Below, piece after piece: positions 39,761-55,100 of a stretch of DNA of 64,000 nt. The translations under genes were made by a program, and so were the position numbers. Every line of letters begins with the position of its first letter. Position 1 is the stretch's first letter. The notes under the pieces were generated by a model, which did no database searches, had not been told where the DNA came from, and was given only the letters and a program-made list of their open reading frames with translations. Origin of the DNA: Welwitschia mirabilis (taxonomy: Eukaryota). The stretch is from contig JBOZIK010000001.1 of assembly GCA_051453625.1 (NCBI GenBank), positions 1,689,449-1,753,448 on the forward strand, in the 5' to 3' direction.

Positions 39761-42700
39761 TAATAATGTATATCCCATATGTTGTAAACTTTAAATTAGT
39801 TAAATGTTAGATATGTTAATGCCATAATTATACGATAGCTTTCATTTTAAATTATTAACATGGAACCTTATTTAACTAGAGGTTTAATGGAAACAAATCT
39901 TTAGTTTTATAACAAATAAAATCTTGTATTTGTTCTTATATTTAAGATATACATTATTCTTAATTTTGAATTGTCAATTGACCTTAATTTTTGATAAATT
40001 TTCATTAGTTTTGGCATTTTTTATTAAATATAATAATAATGAAAATTATTTTATGAAAATTTTTATTTTTCATGAGAAAATATTTATTAAAAAATCTAAT
40101 TAAATATTAAAATCAAATAACTCCATTTTTGTAAAGGAGTTCAATTTACATGATAAAATTATTAAATTAAAAAATAATAAGGAGATATAAACCCATAATA
40201 AAATATTTACAAAAATGGCACACAACATCTTTTTTCTAACTCATTTATTTCTCCATCTCATCCAAGTCTAAAAGTAAGATTACTTAATAAAATTAAATGG
40301 TCAATATAGTTTGTGAAAAACGTGGATAAGTGTACTACGTTCTATTATGACATTTTCTTTCTTGTGTTTTATGTTGAGAAATTTGACAAATTTGAAAATT
40401 AATGAATATATGAATAAGTACATGCACTCATATATAAATGAAGAAAAATAAAATAATAGATTTTTCTATCATGGCTTTTATCCATCTTGATATTTGTAAA
40501 AATACTTGATTCATAAAATATTGATTTTCTTATTCATTAGAATTAGAAAATTTGTCTCATTGTGACTCATGCTAGTTTTGAAATTGGTGCATTAGAAAAA
40601 TACCTATTCTTCCAACGTATAGTACACATTGTTCCATGCATATTTTGAATTAGTTAAATATGGTTATGAGCCTTTGAAGAATTAAGAAGGAATTATCATG
40701 AGGAAATGATGTATGTAATTAACCTTACTAATTAAAGCACAAAAATTGCTCATCCTAGGTAGGTACCTGATTCATAACCATGATGTGTTTTTATCATCCA
40801 CACTTCAATGTCATTTATGAGCCAAGTTTATCTAACTTGTATGTGATCGGTCTTATCTAATTCAATTTCATTAGTCTTATCTAAGTTAATGTGATCATAT
40901 TATCTTATAGATAAAATGATGTTTATGGCCTTTGATCAAGGATTTCTTGTCTATCATTTACATATAAAAAATTTCATTTTATTTCTTATAAACTAATGTT
41001 TCATTTTATTTAAGTACATGCTACCAAATTTCTTCTCCTTCTTACATCTTCTTCTCTTTTTCTTATTCTCTTAGTTTTAAGTCTAGATCTTGGAGCTTAG
41101 AGCTTGGGACTTAAAGTTGAAAATCCTAAAGCTTATAACTTTATCAAATCTCNNNNNNNNNNNNNNNNNNNNNNNNNNNNNNNNNNNNNNNNNNNNNNNN
41201 NNNNNNNNNNNNNNNNNNNNNNNNNNNNNNNNNNNNNNNNNNNNNNNNNNNNNNNNNNNNNNNNNNNNNNNNNNNNNNNNNNNNNNNNNNNNNNNNNNNN
41301 NNNNNNNNNNNNNNNNNNNNNNNNNNNNNNNNNNNNNNNNNNNNNNNNNNNNNNNNNNNNNNNNNNNNNNNNNNNNNNNNNNNNNNNNNNNNNNNNNNNN
41401 NNNNNNNNNNNNNNNNNNNNNNNNNNNNNNNNNNNNNNNNNNNNNNNNNNNNNNNNNNNNNNNNNNNNNNNNNNNNNNNNNNNNNNNNNNNNNNNNNNNN
41501 NNNNNNNNNNNNNNNNNNNNNNNNNNNNNNNNNNNNNNNNNNNNNNNNNNNNNNNNNNNNNNNNNNNNNNNNNNNNNNNNNNNNNNNNNNNNNNNNNNNN
41601 NNNNNNNNNNNNNNNNNNNNNNNNNNNNNNNNNNNNNNNNNNNNNNNNNNNNNNNNNNNNNNNNNNNNNNNNNNNNNNNNNNNNNNNNNNNNNNNNNNNN
41701 NNNNNNNNNNNNNNNNNNNNNNNNNNNNNNNCTTATAATATCAAATCTCCTTTAATCTTTTCCAAGTAGTAGTCTCTAATCATTATTTGTCTGAGTGGAT
41801 CTCCTCTACTTATTTCATTTCTATGTTATCTCTCTTCTTAAAAATATTAGTGGCATAATAAAGTGTTACCTTAGGCCATTACATATGCTTATTATAGTGC
41901 TTATTTTATTTAAATTATTCCTTCTATTAGGTTCAAACCAAAATGATGGAGATATTTGAGGGACCTATTTACATTCTTTAGTAATGAGGTTCCCAATGAA
42001 AAAGTTTGACTAGGTGATTAGGGGGTTCACTTTAATATTTGAGTATGCATGCTTATTTTGCATTGTGGAGTATTAGATGCATTTTATAGTTTTCTTTGGT
42101 ATCATTGAAATCATCTTATTATAGTAAATCATATAATCCTAAAATTTTATTTATGCAAGATAATTCTTCATACAAATACCAAGGCCCATTAAATTTTTTT
42201 GCTTCAAATTAATCTTGTGCATTACTTTTTCCCAATTGATGTTAATTTGTATCAAATGTTTATATTAATTTTATCAACTAGAGTTACTTAGATTTATTTA
42301 TTGATTTTTATATACTTATTATAGGTATAATTTAAATTTTGAAAAATGCTCACATGACTTAAGAAAATTATAACTTATTAAATATTAAACAAAATTTAAT
42401 AAGATCTTTGTATAAGAGACATTCCAATGGTAGAGTAGTGCTCATGTGTCTTTGTGGTTGTGAGTTTGTTTCTTGAAAAATTATTTTAATGAAAATTTTT
42501 TAAAGATTTTATTAGACTCATTAAAATTTAAAAATAATAACTTTTGTAATACTTAATGAGTTTTTAAAAATTATTTTATGAAAATAAATTAGAAAATAAA
42601 AATAGAAAATAATAAGCATTTATTTTTAAGTTGTAAAATTAATACTTTATTTGTTATAAAACATAAGTAGTCTAAATTATAGAAAATTAAATAAAATTTT

Positions 42701-45700
42701 CAAAGAATTCTTAATCACTTAAAAGTTCAAAGTATTTTAAAAGACATAACCTTTCTAGTATGTTGTGGTATTATAATAATTCTAAATCTTTGATGATTTT
42801 TACACTTAAAATATGTTCCTAGAAAATATATTTATAGGAATATAAGCTTGATAAAGTTGATTTATGAAAATTAAAATATGTGTCTAGTTTAATAAAAATA
42901 ATTATAATTTATTTTTACCTTTATCACNNNNNNNNNNNNNNNNNNNNNNNNNNNNNNNNNNNNNNNNNNNNNNNNNNNNNNNNNNNNNNNNNNNNNNNNN
43001 NNNNNNNNNNNNNNNNNNNNNNNNNNNATTCTAAATCTTTGATGATTTTTACACTTAAAATATGATCCTAGAAAATATATTTATAGGAATATAAGCTTGA
43101 TAAAGTTGATTTATGGAAATTACAATATGTGTCTAGTTTAATAAAAATAATTATAATTTATTTTTACCTTTATCACTAATTAATTATTAAATTTTATCTG
43201 CATTATCTCTTTTAAGTTTAAAAAAATCTATAATTAATGTTATTTATTATAGAAAATATTTTTAGTAAAATCATGATAATAATTTAAGAATATAAGATAA
43301 ATACTAATCAAAATAATTTCATTTTACATAAGTTTTATTTAATATTCTTTAACGAATTACAATTTATGCCTTTATTATTAAGGCCTTTATTCTTTAGTGT
43401 GAAGAGACATTCTTATTTGTCATGAGCTAAGTTTGACTATTAAATTACTCAATAAATGTGTTCTTTAATATTAATTTATTTTTATAATATTATTAATGCT
43501 TTCCGTACATATACATAAAACATGAGTCTTTTTTACTTACTTTTATTTTAATGCACATACATATAAAATTATGGTGGTTTTCACTTTAGTAATTTAGTTA
43601 GCTCATCTAGTCTTTTTAATATTTATCCCTTTATTTATTTTATCGTCATAAGATATTTAAGATAATGTCCAGAATTTCTATTTATCTCTATATTCACTCT
43701 CATTTATCCCAGTTAATCATATCAGCGTGATAAAGTTTACTAGTTGAACTTTGAAAAAGTGGGTTTTAAGATAGCATAGTTTCATGCATAAAATATTTTT
43801 TCCTCCAAATGAAATTTAAATTATTATTCTGATTTATTTAAAAGGTACTATTATTAATGTGAAATAAAGAAAGTTATTTCCCCTCTCTTAATCATTAGTA
43901 CTATATTTTTTGAATGTAATTATCTTCTAATATACTAAATAAATTTATGTATGTTTTTTCTCTATTATGTATGATTATTTTAATAAAATAAACCTAATAA
44001 TTTTAGAATTATTTTTCTTATCTAAATAATCAACTAACTATCCATATTAGATAGGATTACATGCATGCACTTGTGTGGTGTATTTATCAAATGATAACTA
44101 AATCAAGATAATCCCAATAATTATCATCCCCATACTTGTATTTCATCATCGAGGTGAGCTATATTTTATTTTTTTTCATAAAACCCCTTTAGAAGTGGAT
44201 TTAATCACAACTCCTTATCTTACCTATGTATGGAACTATTTCTAATTAATTTCTGAAGCCTTTAATATCAAATGATTATGTTATACTATCTTAAGATGCT
44301 TCAAGAAAGCAAGTTCCACTTGTAAGCATGCATCCATCTCACATATCACCTACCACCTTTTTGGTGGTATATATTAAAGTGACATAATCCTATGGAGTTG
44401 AGCCTAGCCATGTTTATTACAATTTTAAACTAAAAGTATAGTTGATTTACATTTGGATAATGGCTAGATATCAAGTTGAAATATCATTAATAGGAGTTGT
44501 AACCTTCTATTGTATTGTTTAAGAATTATGATAAACCTATATCCATGTATGTATTATAATACCTCTACATATTATAAACCCTATACAAGATACATCTATG
44601 TGATGAAAAACTAGAAAAAATAGAGGACACATGAGTGTGACATTGCTATTATTTGCAAACCAACATAACCTATGTCATTCTATAATAAATAATGTTATTT
44701 TCTATGTTTCCTAAGACTATATAATTATAATGATAAAGTATAAGTAGTACTTGATCCTATATTTTGTTAAGTGTTCTAATTAATTTAAATCTTAAAAAAA
44801 TTAATTATTAAGAATAATCTAAGTTGGGGTATTACAAAGAAGCTTTATATGAAGATAGCAAAGATTTAAAGATTAATTAGGATATTATCCTTCTTTTACC
44901 AAAATTAAGTGATTTGTATTTCATTTTTAATTGGAAATTAATTCCTTTATTGAATATCTCTTAGAAAATTTTAGTTGAATGTTTAGCTAATATACTGAAT
45001 ATTGTCCTATCTAAATATTACTTGTATTACGTAGAGTGATTTCATTAAAGAGAGATATATTCTTTATAATGTTGTATTTTCTTCAAAAGATTTAACATGC
45101 ACATAGACTACTAATCAAAATATTATCTTTATTAAAGTTTATTATGTACAATCTTATGCTAAAATTAAGTCAAAAGCTATCTTAGATTGTATACAAAATC
45201 TATGGTTTAAGAAGGTTATTATTCATATGGTAAATTCTTTATTCAAGAATGCAAATCCTTATATTGCCACTGTACAAGGCATTGGTTCTTTCTTTACTAT
45301 TGAAAATCTCTAAGACAAGGATGTCATTTATTTCTTTTCATCAGTTAGTAGATTTCTTATGTCATACCACTTGGAAGGATAAGATTCTATTTGGAAAGAT
45401 GAATGAAAAAATATTATTCATGGTATTCGTGTTGGCGAGAATCTAAAATAGTTTATTAATATACAATTTGTAGATTTTTCTATTTGATTAAATATTTGGA
45501 AGATGTAATTAATTAGCTAATCTTTCTAATTGATCTTTATCATTCTCTTTCTAGTTCTAAGATCATTTAAAAAAATATTTAGTTAAATATTTATTAATGT
45601 TATACATGGTTTATATTTAAACCCTAAAAGATTGGTCACTATGATAAGGTGATTAAAATTCTTAGAATTTCATTTTCATTTCAAGAAAATTCTAAATAGA

Positions 45701-47405
45701 TATGGGACTCTAATTTTAATAAATTAAGTTCTAAAATAGATAGATGGAAATTTAAAGATCTCACAATGGCTACAAAATACTTACTATGTAAAATATTTTA
45801 TCTACAACTCATATTGTTTATTTCTCTTATTCAACTCTAGTTATTGTAAGTTACGAATGAAAGGAAAAGTTACTTCATAGCTTCATAACTTTTTGTGGTT
45901 ACTTAATAATAGTAGAAAAGGATTTCATAGCATTACATGGAGAATTTATTATTCACATAAGAAAAAATAATAATTTTTAAATATTTTTAACTACTTTTTA
46001 CAAGATATATTCATTTACAATGATTGACTAATTGTTTTGACTCCACTAGAGGATAGTATGATTTAATTTTTGAATGACTAAAGATTGCTTATCTAAAAAA
46101 AGAGACAAGGCTAGAATGGTCTCCATTCTATTAACTAGTTTATATATTTAGTGGACATCAAGATTCAAGAAATGGTATTCTAAAAATATTTTATATTTCA
46201 TGGAAAATAATTATCTAAGAAGATTATTTCAGATAAATTTTCTATCCCTTTTTGTATGAAGTAGTTCCATGGTGGTTGATTACTATTAAATGGAACTCTA
46301 GTTGCCTTGTTAAGACCTTAGTTGACATCTCATTAATTTAATAATGATGTGATATATCTTTCATGTCTTTACTTAAATAATTAATGAATTTCATGGAAAA
46401 CCTTTTACTAACTCCATGGAAACTCAAATTCTAAAACATTTTGTATATTTTATTTCTTAAAGTTTCATTACAGTCAATGTTTAAGCTAATTTTGCTTTAC
46501 TATTAACTAAATATAATAGAAATATGATAACCCCTTTTATCCTTATAAAGCAAAAAAAAAAAAAAAAGTAAAAAATTCTTATTATGTCTTTTTAGAAGAC
46601 ATATCTACTAGGAATTATTATGAAAAATTATGATATACCATAGACTTAGAGAATCAATTAAAATTAAGAGCTCAAAGCATTTGGAAGTCACATACCTTAC
46701 TAAAATAATATCACCTTGTATGGTATCTCCTTTATTAAGGTTTGTCTATTGATAGAAATATTTTTCATCTAAGATGTATAACTATTACTTGCCCTTTCTA
46801 CAATAGTAAAGATGATTTCTAGCATTACTTTATTGATTAAATTATAATCAAAATTATAAGACATGGGTTCTTATACTCTTTAAGTATTTTATCCAAATTG
46901 AAAGCATGTTATTGCTAGGGCATTAATAAGTCACACTACATGTGGGAAAAATGAAAACCTTAGTAGAAACCTAATTGAATGTACTCGTCTAGAAAAGCAA
47001 GTACTATCATCTAAATTATGAGGAAAATAAAATACTATTTTAAAATATAGTTTTAGATTTTCTTACTCATAATTGTTTACTACACTTTTCTGCATTTGAA
47101 TCATGAGCTTATCTAGGGCTCTTGAGTCTTTTGAGGAGGTTGAAAGCCTCCTTTCATGCCTTTTCATGCTTTTGCATGTGCATTTACTACACTTTTCCTA
47201 TTTGCTTAATCTCTTTTCATTTTAGTTTTTTTATCATATGTGCTTGACATTCTTTTGAAGTTATGCCTTTCTTGCCTTCTTGTATTTATAGTGTTAATTC
47301 AAGGAATTGAGAGAGAACAAAGGCTAGTACTATGTACTATCTATGTCTTTACTTGATAGGACATTTATCAAGTGCTAAAATCATGTTCGTTTATCTAGTT
47401 CATAG

Positions 47406-49650
47406 TGTTGCGATCCCATAATAGTAGTTTTATGTAATGTCTATATTTTAAAGAAATGTCTAGCTTTATTATAAGATCTTTCTCATTGTAACGTCTATTA
47501 TATCTTCTTTATTATAACATATTCCTTTTAGGTATCCTTATTGTAATGTCTATCTTTATTGTAACATCTGTAAAGACTTATGTCATATAAATATATGGAT
47601 CATGTATTGTTTAGGAAATTGAATAAAGAATTAGATTCTTATATTTGGAGGCTAATCATTCTTAAAGTAATTAATGGAGGCTAATCATCTTAAAGTGATT
47701 AATAAAGGATAATCACCCTCAAAGTAATTAAATAAGGCATGATCCCCTCGAAGTGGTCACTCTATTTTCTAATTTTTGCATTTTGTTTTACTAGGTTTAC
47801 CACATTTGGTACCAAAGCCACAATGATTTCACAAGCAAGGATGGAGAACAAGATGTAGACCTTAAAGAATATGATGAAGAGAGAGATTCATGAATAACAA
47901 GAAATCATTAATTGTAAGATACAAGAGTTGAAAATATTAATCATTAATGTAGGTTTCAAATATGACCAATCATTCAACCAATCCTATGCTAAGAAATTTA
48001 TAAAGCTACGATAAACTTCTACAATGTAGGAGTATTGAGATCATTTTAAAGAATTGATCAACAAAACTACAAGGTTAATAGAGTAATCAATTATGGGTTA
48101 CTTTATAAGTGGGCTTAAGGAAAAGTTGNNNNNNNNNNNNNNNNNNNNNNNNNNNNNNNNNNNNNNNNNNNNNNNNNNNNNNNNNNNNNNNNNNNNNNNN
48201 NNNNNNNNNNNNNNNNNNNNNNNNNNNNATGGGTTACTTTATAAGTGGGCTTAAGAAAAAGTTAAAATAGGAATTTTACATGTTTTGATCAACCATAATG
48301 ACTTAAGCAGTAGGGTTAGCAAGGCAAAAAGAAGAACAATTACTTATTCAACATAAGAACAATGAGGTAAATCACATAGTACCTACCTCTAATGTCTCTA
48401 GTAATGATTTAGCATCTGTTCCACCATCCATCAAATGGTTGATGCCACATAAGTCTAAGGCTCCATGGGATGCCATGAACATGAAGGAAATCATACCATT
48501 CACAAGCAACAAGATGGTAGGCCCTAAACATAAAGGAAATTATACCATTCGCAAGCAACAAGGTGTGCATCAAGGAATAAGAAAGAAATAATGATGACAT
48601 GGTGGTAATCAAAAGTAGTTGGGACTAATGTAGAATTTCATTTAAAGGTTAAGCATAAACATTAAAGTTAATAGACTAAGAGCACAAAGAAAGGGATTCT
48701 TAGGTATAGAAATTGAATCCCAGACCTCTGGAGTAGTCTAGAAGATTTATGTTGATAATGTCCAAGTATATGATTCTAGAAAGGGAATGAAATTGCATAT
48801 AATAATATGCAATGAAAGCATGATGAACATATCTTTGGAGAACATCAAAATGATCATGTAATTTAGGGTAAATAATGGAAGCACCTAAACAATGGTTGGA
48901 ATAGAAGCACTATGTGGGTGATAAAGAACACTGTAGTGATGAATGTATTCTTTAGTAAAATATTTGATCCTTACTCTTAAATACTCTTTGATTTGTGTGA
49001 TAATGATATAGATGAAAAAATAGCTTTTATTTAACTCCCTAACTTCTTTGAAGATGGTCAGCTCTAAATACATCCTATTACTATCCTAGATAGACAGATG
49101 ATGAAAGAACACAATCATCTAGTAACAATATTATTAGTATAATGGTTAAATTTTATTCTTTAAGATACCATGTGAAAATACCTTTATAAGCTTAAAGAAA
49201 AGTTTTTAGATTTTCAACTTTAAGGACAAAGTTATTTTGAAGTAAGGTGGAATGTTACAGCCCATAATAGTAGTTGTACGTAATGTCCATCTTTTAAAGA
49301 AATGTCTATCTTTATTGTACTATCTATCTTATTATAACATCTATCATGTCTTCTTTATTGTAACATCTGTCTTTTAGGTATCCTTATTGTAGCATCTATC
49401 TTTATTATAACTTTTGTAAGTATTTATGTCCTATAAATATGTGGATCATGTATTACTTAGGGAATTGAATAAAGAATGAATTCTAGTATTTGAAGGTTAA
49501 TCATCCTCAAATTAATTAATAGAGGTTAATCATCCTCAAAGTAATTAATAGAGGATAATTGCGCTCGAAGTGATTAAAGAAGGCCTTACCCCCTTGAAGT
49601 GGTCACTCTACTTTCTAATTTCTACATTTTTGGTTACTAAATTTTTAATA
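47406..49650 (+). mobile_element. Non-autonomous chromovirus-type (Reina/Tekay-like) LTR retrotransposon, complete structure
   Basis: LTRs 47406-47804 (TG...CA) and 49253-49650 (TG...TA); PBS tggtaccaaagc; PPT gaagtaaggtggaa; gag remnant YFISGLKEKL; chromodomain-like LV*WLNFIL*DTM*KYLYKLKEKFLDFQL; flanks catag and cacaa form a degenerate 5-bp TSD. Confidence 0.88.
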
Positions 49651-50579
49651 CACAATTGCAAAATTAGAAGCATTATAACAAGCCTTGAAGCTAAAAGGTT
49701 TTGAAGTTCCATTTAGCAATCAAGACTGATATCTACAACCACAACTACTATGGTTGACATGTTTAATATGGCATTAAATCTAGGTTTTCTAATTTACAAG
49801 TTGTAGTGTTCTTATTCATTAGTTGCTTCTACAAACCCATATTAAGAAGTTGATCAATGAGAAATTAGAAACTATGTTTCATATTAATCACAACATAATT
49901 TTTTTATATCCTTTTTAAGAGTAAGTTTTTTCACAAGTGATAATAATCTTTATGGAAAAAGTTTATAGTCTAGAAAGGTGTTGTGAGGGTATTTATGCAT
50001 TCATTTTAAGGTTCATTTTACATCACTATGTAATAATTTAGAAAAATTATTAGCCGTTACTATTACTGTATGCTGAAAATGAACATTGGATTTTCAACTC
50101 AACTTAACTCAAACTAGACTATGTTAAACCTCCATAGATTCACTTGAAATTGTCCTTTTTTTTGGCATTTCTTATTGAGCCTATGCACATGTATTTAATG
50201 TGATACTTTTGGGCCTCTCCTAGGCACATATGATTTTTTAGCTTAATGTTAGATTTTTGGTTCATTTCTATTCACATGTAATTTTAGCTAAGCTTTTAGC
50301 TCACTTTGACACACATGCATTTATAATGCGTTTTGGGTTTGTTTTGCATATTTTGGATTTTTTTAATTTTGTGTAAGTTATCTCATTATAAGCTGATTAA
50401 GCTTTAGTGTTGTTGCATCAAGTTATGTTTGGATCTAGATTAAAATCCACTTGACTTATTTTTATGACTTAGATTTCATTTTCACTTATAACTATAAATT
50501 AAGTTAAGTTGAATTTTCTTAATTTACTATATTAAAACCAAGTCCCTTTTTCTTTGTTTTAGTATTATATTTTATACTT

Positions 50580-51300
50580 AACACCCTCACTTAAATGTTT
50601 TAATATTTCTTAAGTATTAAAATTATAAATTATCCACTCCTTAATCACATAATATTTTTTATTGATAGTAAGTCTTAGTTAGTGGTAAATAAAGGGAGCC
50701 TTACATAGACATTTATTTATGTTAGGCTATGCCATCTTTTGAGCTTGTAGTGTGGTCTTTAACTATCATAACTATATATTTTGGACTCAGATAGTTATAT
50801 CTCTCTTAAGTAAAAATAGATTTAGCATATCAAGGTCTAGATTCAAGTGGACACCATAATAATCAAGGATATATTATATTTAGAATAAAGGAATAGTGGT
50901 AGGATCTACTTGGATTTCATCACCAAATTAAGAAAAAGGTATAAATGTAAGGAATTTAAAATTTAGTAAGTTTGATGTATAAGTAGGTTTTCAATATTGC
51001 ATTATACTCTCTCTTAATGGGATGTGTAGTTAATGTAACCAAAAGTTTATAAATGCCTTAATGATGTAATTCACACATTATCTTTTTACTCCTTTTGAAG
51101 ATAAGGGTCACATCCTTAAAAAGGACATGATCACTACCCAGATTGGGAATAAGACATATAATTAACAAAGATGTCACTTAATCATCTAAATATTTAGAAT
51201 TCTTGCATTAAAATTTACCATGTTAACATAAGGATTTCTTATGAAAATTACTTTGTTTCCTTATGTATGTGATTGTTAGAGGGTCTGTTTTGTCTATTTT
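50580..51300 (-). mobile_element. Copia RT/RNase H remnant with PPT
   Basis: Minus strand aagtgaggg-TGTTAAG junction at ~50578-50593; TRPD-like remnant near 50825-50845; strongly decayed. Confidence 0.4.
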
Positions 51301-52199
51301 TTATCACACTTTTATGGATTAGATAGATCATTTGACTTATGAATGTGAGCAAAATCCCTTTTAAATTTGCTAAACTTATCTAAAATGACTTCTTTTCAAT
51401 AATGTTTTGTGTTATTATGGCTTGGATAGATTATTTAAACTTGTGAATGTAAGTAAGATCCCTTGTCAAATTGATTATACTGTTTCAAATTTTCTTCTTA
51501 TTTCTTTTTCTTATCAAGTTAATAAGTGTTCTTTATGTAAATGATAGATTCATTTTCTAGATGTGGATGTGAAACATATCCTTCTAAAATTCAATATACC
51601 TCATAATTTATCATAAATTCTTGCATTGACATCAACTATAAAAATCTCAAATGATAAGTTTTAGATGTTGTCAGACTCCTTCACACTGGTATTGAGAACT
51701 GGAATCATGGGTNNNNNNNNNNNNNNNNNNNNNNNNNNNNNNNNNNNNNNNNNNNNNNNNNNNNNNNNNNNNNNNNNNNNNNNNNNNNNNNNNNNNNNNN
51801 NNNNNNNNNNNNGACTTCTTTTCAATAATGTTTTGTGTTATTATGGCTTGGATAGATTATTTAAACTTTTGAATGTAAGTAAGATCCCTCGTCAAATTGA
51901 TTATACTATTTCAAATTTTCTTCTTATCTCTTTTTCTTCTCAAGTTAATAAGTGTTCTTTATGTAAATGATAGATTCATTTCCTAGATGTGGATGTGAAA
52001 CATATCCTCCTAAAATTTAATATACCTCATAATTTATCATAAATTCTTCCATTAACATCAACTATGGAAATCTCAAATGATAAGTTTNNNNNNNNNNTTT
52101 CATATCATCATACATATATATGGTTTTGAAATATATATTTTTTTTTTTTGAAAAAGCACATGTTCCTCTTCAACCTCTAGAGGAAGAAGATGATGGAAA

Positions 52200-55100
52200 G
52201 TCTATTAAAAATAGGTTAAAAAATTCATGAAAAAAGATATGGCTTATTAACATAAATGTTTCATAGATCCTAGTAAGACCAATTAAACCAAATTCATCAT
52301 GTTTCAAGATACATTCTATGCCAAAAATGATTTGGAGCTTATTAGTCTTATCACAAGCATGAACAACTTATATTATAAAAAAGGTAAGATATAATAAATT
52401 ATTACATCGATAACTAATATTAAGATAAAAGTTATTGTAATTGACCTGTAAAAACAAGTTTACAAATACTATACCAACTTACTAAATGTTATTTGAAGGA
52501 TTAATTTTTATGTATTTACATTTGTTACTGCATGGTAGTAGCTAACTATTACAAATTACTTTTAATACATTTACCAAGGATCTTAGTGCTACTGAAGCAC
52601 AATTTAATTTTGCCGGTACCTCAACCTCTAAAGCTACATTTAAAGTATTACATCTTCACAGTGGATAATGTTTTAACAAACAATATTCATTAAAATATCC
52701 TTATAACCTCAAACATCATGATAAGGTTAAAACTTCTTAAAAATAGTAATCCACTCCAAATCCTAAATGTCATCAATCTTAGCTAAAGGAAAAAAAACAC
52801 ATTAAAATAATGCCACTCCAAAGAAGAATGTATATCAGTGTTCATGTTATATAAGATAAGGTCATAATATTACTTATTATCAGATACCTTATAGTAAAAG
52901 TAAAGCTACTTTTAAGGAAAATGGGCTTACTGATAACTTTAGCCCTATTGATAATGTTGAATTCTATGAATCTAATGCTACATTTTAAATTTATGATCTT
53001 ATATGTATGAATTGAAGGATATATCATGATGAATCTTAGATTCTAGATACTAGTGCAACCAAGCATATGACATATAGATATGACCATTTTCATGATTTTC
53101 TAGCATAGCCTAATCAAATTTATTTGGTAGACATAACTTTAGTTCCTATAAAAGATCATGGTATAGTTACCTTATTTCTCAAAGTAAATGGTCTTTCATG
53201 TTCTATACGCTCCCTTTTTGATGTCACAACTTCATTCTTTTTAGATTAACTAGAGAATCTTATTCGATATCTATGATAAAAAATTCCATTAATATTTTTT
53301 ATGCTTCCTAGAATCATGTTGTAAAAGGATAAATAATGAAGCATCTCCAAGAATATGTTGATATGCGTAAAATTACCTATCATATCTCATAATAAAGAAT
53401 TTCTCCATTGCTTTTATGGCATGCTTGATTAAGTCATCCAGTCCTCGTTCATTAAATGTAATAGATGAGAATGAACATTGGATTTTACCCTTTATTCTAT
53501 ATGATTTTTCTTAATTTGAAAACATGTATAATGGATAAAGTAATATGCAATATTTTTCTCCTAGCAAATGGTGCAATGATCAAAAGCTTCTGCTCATTCA
53601 CAATGATCTATGTAGGCTTATGTTAGTTTTAATACTTCAAGGCTATTGCTACTTTATATTATTCATAGATGATTTTTTGCATATGACTTGGGTGTATTTT
53701 ATGAGATCTGAGTCTCTTGCTTTGAATAGTTTAAAGATTTTTAAAGACAAAGTAGAAAAGGAATCCGTAATAAGATTAAGAATTTTCACTTTGATAATGG
53801 TAGCAAATACGCATTAGTTGAATTCAAGGACTTTGTTGCTTTAGAAGGAATGTTTTATTTAATGCTTAGAAATGCCTTAATAGAATGGCATCAATAAAAA
53901 GTTCAATTAGACCATCATGCATATGGTATGTTTAACAATGTACTTCAATGGATGTAAGTCTTAATTTTGGGTTGAAGCTATTAGTACTATGACCTACATC
54001 AATAATCATATTTTCTATGCTTCTAAAAATGTATATTTTCTACTAAAATGTGAAAGGGATATAAGATTCCTTTGAACCATCTTTGTGTATTTGGATGTCC
54101 ATATTCATACCCAACATCATGATAATCTTGATGCACATGTTCGTATCAACATTTTTATGGGATATACAACCAACCAAAAGGATATGACTTGTATCTTCTT
54201 GAGCGTCATAAGATTATAATTTCTCATGATGTTGTTATAAGGAATTTAATGCTAACATTCCAAATATAGTTATATTTATAACTAAATTAAGAGGATGAAA
54301 TAGATGTACTTATATGAGGTAAATGAATGAATAATATATTTGTGAGATTGTGATGAGAGATTATCTCAAATATTTAGGGAATATGATTAGGATACTTTAT
54401 GTATAAATTTACAATTATTTTAATTGTAAAGATGTGAGACTCACAACCTCACTAATGTAGGCTCAATCACTCTACTCATTTAATTATGGAGTCTAATGTT
54501 TAAATTAGTTTACTTTATATTTATTTTTCATTTCTTGTAAGGCTTTCAAATATTTCATTGGGAATTAGAGGAAGGTTGTTTTAGTAATGATGGCTTAACA
54601 GTGAAGAGAGATTCTAGTTTTTTAATCATTTCTCACTCGTAAGACAAAGGTTATAGGGCACTATCAATGGTAAGATTACTCAGGGAGAATGACAAAAAAG
54701 CAATGACAATGAAATTGGTAGGAAACACTATAATTAGTTTATGACATTAATGACATTGATGGGTATAGGCATAAGAAATATTCCAAGATTTGTACCTACA
54801 AGTACTTGAATCATAAAAAATAATAACATGCTTTCTAAGAGCTTCATTTCTCGAGAAGATGAAGGAGCTTAAAGAGTAGTCAAGAGAGACTTCAAATGAG
54901 TAACTCATCTATCTAACATAAGACATGATCACTAAGGAAGTGCTTCCCATTTACTAGACAATGATCAACATATTTGACAGAGTGCATGATAAGACATGTG
55001 CTAGTACCACTAGGTAAGCATAGTGAATGCACCAGTGGAAGAACTACCATCGTGATGCCCTTAATAAATATCTCTTTTTCATGGGTCATGTTGACATGTA

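Noticed and set aside
42410..42475. Another tRNA-like SINE head (ttccaatggtagagtag...ggttgtgagttt)
   Set aside because: Short, single copy in the window, and no match to the body of the three-copy family.
44830..46950. Gypsy (Tat-like) RNase H, integrase or chromodomain remnants
   Set aside because: Only faint motif echoes, too eroded to support a call by eye; needs a profile search.
47647..47760. CRISPR-like 29-bp repeats
   Set aside because: The units are contiguous with no unique spacers, lie inside an LTR, and the context is eukaryotic with no cas genes.
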